From Octopus bimaculoides (taxonomy: Eukaryota), in the NCBI RefSeq assembly GCF_001194135.2, contig NC_068996.1:25984491-26048490 (forward strand): 64,000 bases of DNA. Reading direction: 5' to 3'. This document shows positions 62,421 through 64,000 of this stretch, piece by piece (the stretch's first letter is position 1; every line of letters begins with the position of its first letter). Both the position numbers and the translations under genes were made by a program. The notes beneath the pieces were generated by a model, which was given only the letters and a program-made list of their open reading frames with translations, ran no database searches and was not told where the DNA came from.

Positions 62421-64000
62421 GAAATAGGAGCCAAAGCTCCTTCAAATCATAATGTTACTGTCTTCAAAAAGGACACATTGATTGGTTCATTGTTGCAGAT
62501 ACACAATGTTTGAACAAAAAAACAAAAAACACTGGATTGTTTAATATAGCTTTGATTATAAGTCTCCTTGATTGGGTCTTACATTATGCCAAAACATGCT
62601 CAGCAATGAAGAGAGTGTACCCACAACAAGAAACATTCTAATCCCTTCTATAACTAATTATCTATCTTCTTTACTCAGTCTGAGATGACCAAAGTCTAAA
62701 TGACCTGTACCACTGGAAATGACACAAATTTAAACTCTGATCATGCATGTCTGTGTGTGTATGCATGTATGGATAAGTGTATGTGAGAGAGAGAGGGAGA
62801 GGCACAGAGAGAGAGAGAGGGAGGGAGGGAGAGGGANNNNNNNNNNTGAGAGAGAGAGGGAGAGGCACAGAGAGAGAGAGAGGGAGGGAGGGAGAGGGAG
62901 GGAGGGAGAGAGAGAGAATCAATATCCTGGATTCTATCAAAGCAAGAGATCTCTTTATCATAGAATAACTTTATTCATTGCCAATGAAGTTCAGATTTTT
63001 TGACAAGTGAGCTGAAACAGGAGCCTAATATATACTAGTTTAGAGAGAGAAGGAGGGGGAGGGAAAGAGAGAGGGAGGAAGATTTGTAAATGTAAACACA
63101 AACTGTACTGCAGATGCCATCTAAAAATTAGCACAAACAATAGTTCAAGTATCAACGTTATTTCTAAAAGTGGGCCACCACATAAATTATTTAAGAAGCA
63201 ATTAAACTTTAGAAACAGGACACACAGAACTAGAATGAGTTACTGAGGGAATTTGCTAAGTTGAATACAACTAATCAATTTAGCCAAACGTTGAGTCCGA
63301 TAATATTGGAAAAATATTCTCAACACAAAAGTCGTTCATAACAACAGAATGATGCAATTTCCAGACTTTCTTTTTACCAGCCATAGTTGTTAAGTTGAAA
63401 ATCCTGCTTTACAACAAGGTTTTCATTTCAAACCGACTGCACAGCATCTTGGGCCAGTTTTTACCATAGCCTCAGCTTGACCATTACCTTGTGAGTGGAA
63501 TTTGGAAAATGGAAATTGTGCAGAAGCCCTTTGTGTACATATATTTTTTCTTTTAATAGCAGAATGCTGTCAATATGACACAAAAGGTTTCATGCAAATG
63601 CATTCAGAACTATTCGATGGTAATAGTAGGTTTCCAGCTATGAAAACCATGTCAGATCAGATTACCAGTTTTCAGCTAAACCATCCAACCCATGCCAGCA
63701 CAGAAAACAGATGTTAATCACACATACACATACATACAACACACATACATGCATGCATGGACACACAAACACACAAAGCTACATATAACTGTGTGTGAGT
63801 GTGTGTGCATGAGTACATGCATGCATATGCATGTGTGTACTTTCCCAGTGTGTATTGGCTAAGGATGTAAACACCAGAGAGCAAACCAAAAACATGACAT
63901 TTTAGGAAAGGGGTCACTTGAAATACATAGACTTACAACCACTATAAGAAATTCAGAAGAAACCTATAATCAATACTACTATTGTTCATTGCATCATAAT

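Overview
Repeat-dominated eukaryotic genomic DNA: about 64 kb, AT-rich, with many assembly gaps and long CA/TATG/GA/GAA microsatellites. The SINE and LINE families look like those of octopus or another coleoid cephalopod (inference from recalled repeat families; no database search was run). I could not support any complete host protein-coding gene, and nearly all ORFs in the supplied track are microsatellite or N-gap artefacts. What I can support: (1) a full-length decayed Tc1 DD34E transposon whose transposase carries a 116-bp intron and whose long TIRs overlap the ORF end; (2) three mariner remnants, one a foldback derivative; (3) hAT MITEs and many inverted-repeat elements; (4) at least three tRNA-derived SINE families plus RTE-type 3' tails; (5) RTE, Tx1 and possibly CR1 LINE fragments. 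Two things stand out. First, a 1.78-kb Tx1-type element that encodes only an ORF1/gag-like protein (SYAAA motif, RRM-like region, CCHC knuckle, unknown C-terminal domain). It sits with a 6-bp TSD inside the tRNA-like head of a SINE and shares its 3' tail with a Tx1 ORF2 fragment and with SINEs in this window. Second, a pair of type I hammerhead-ribozyme motifs in direct repeats with cleavage sites 352 nt apart, resembling a non-LTR retrozyme or Penelope-type unit. Boundaries of decayed elements are approximate.
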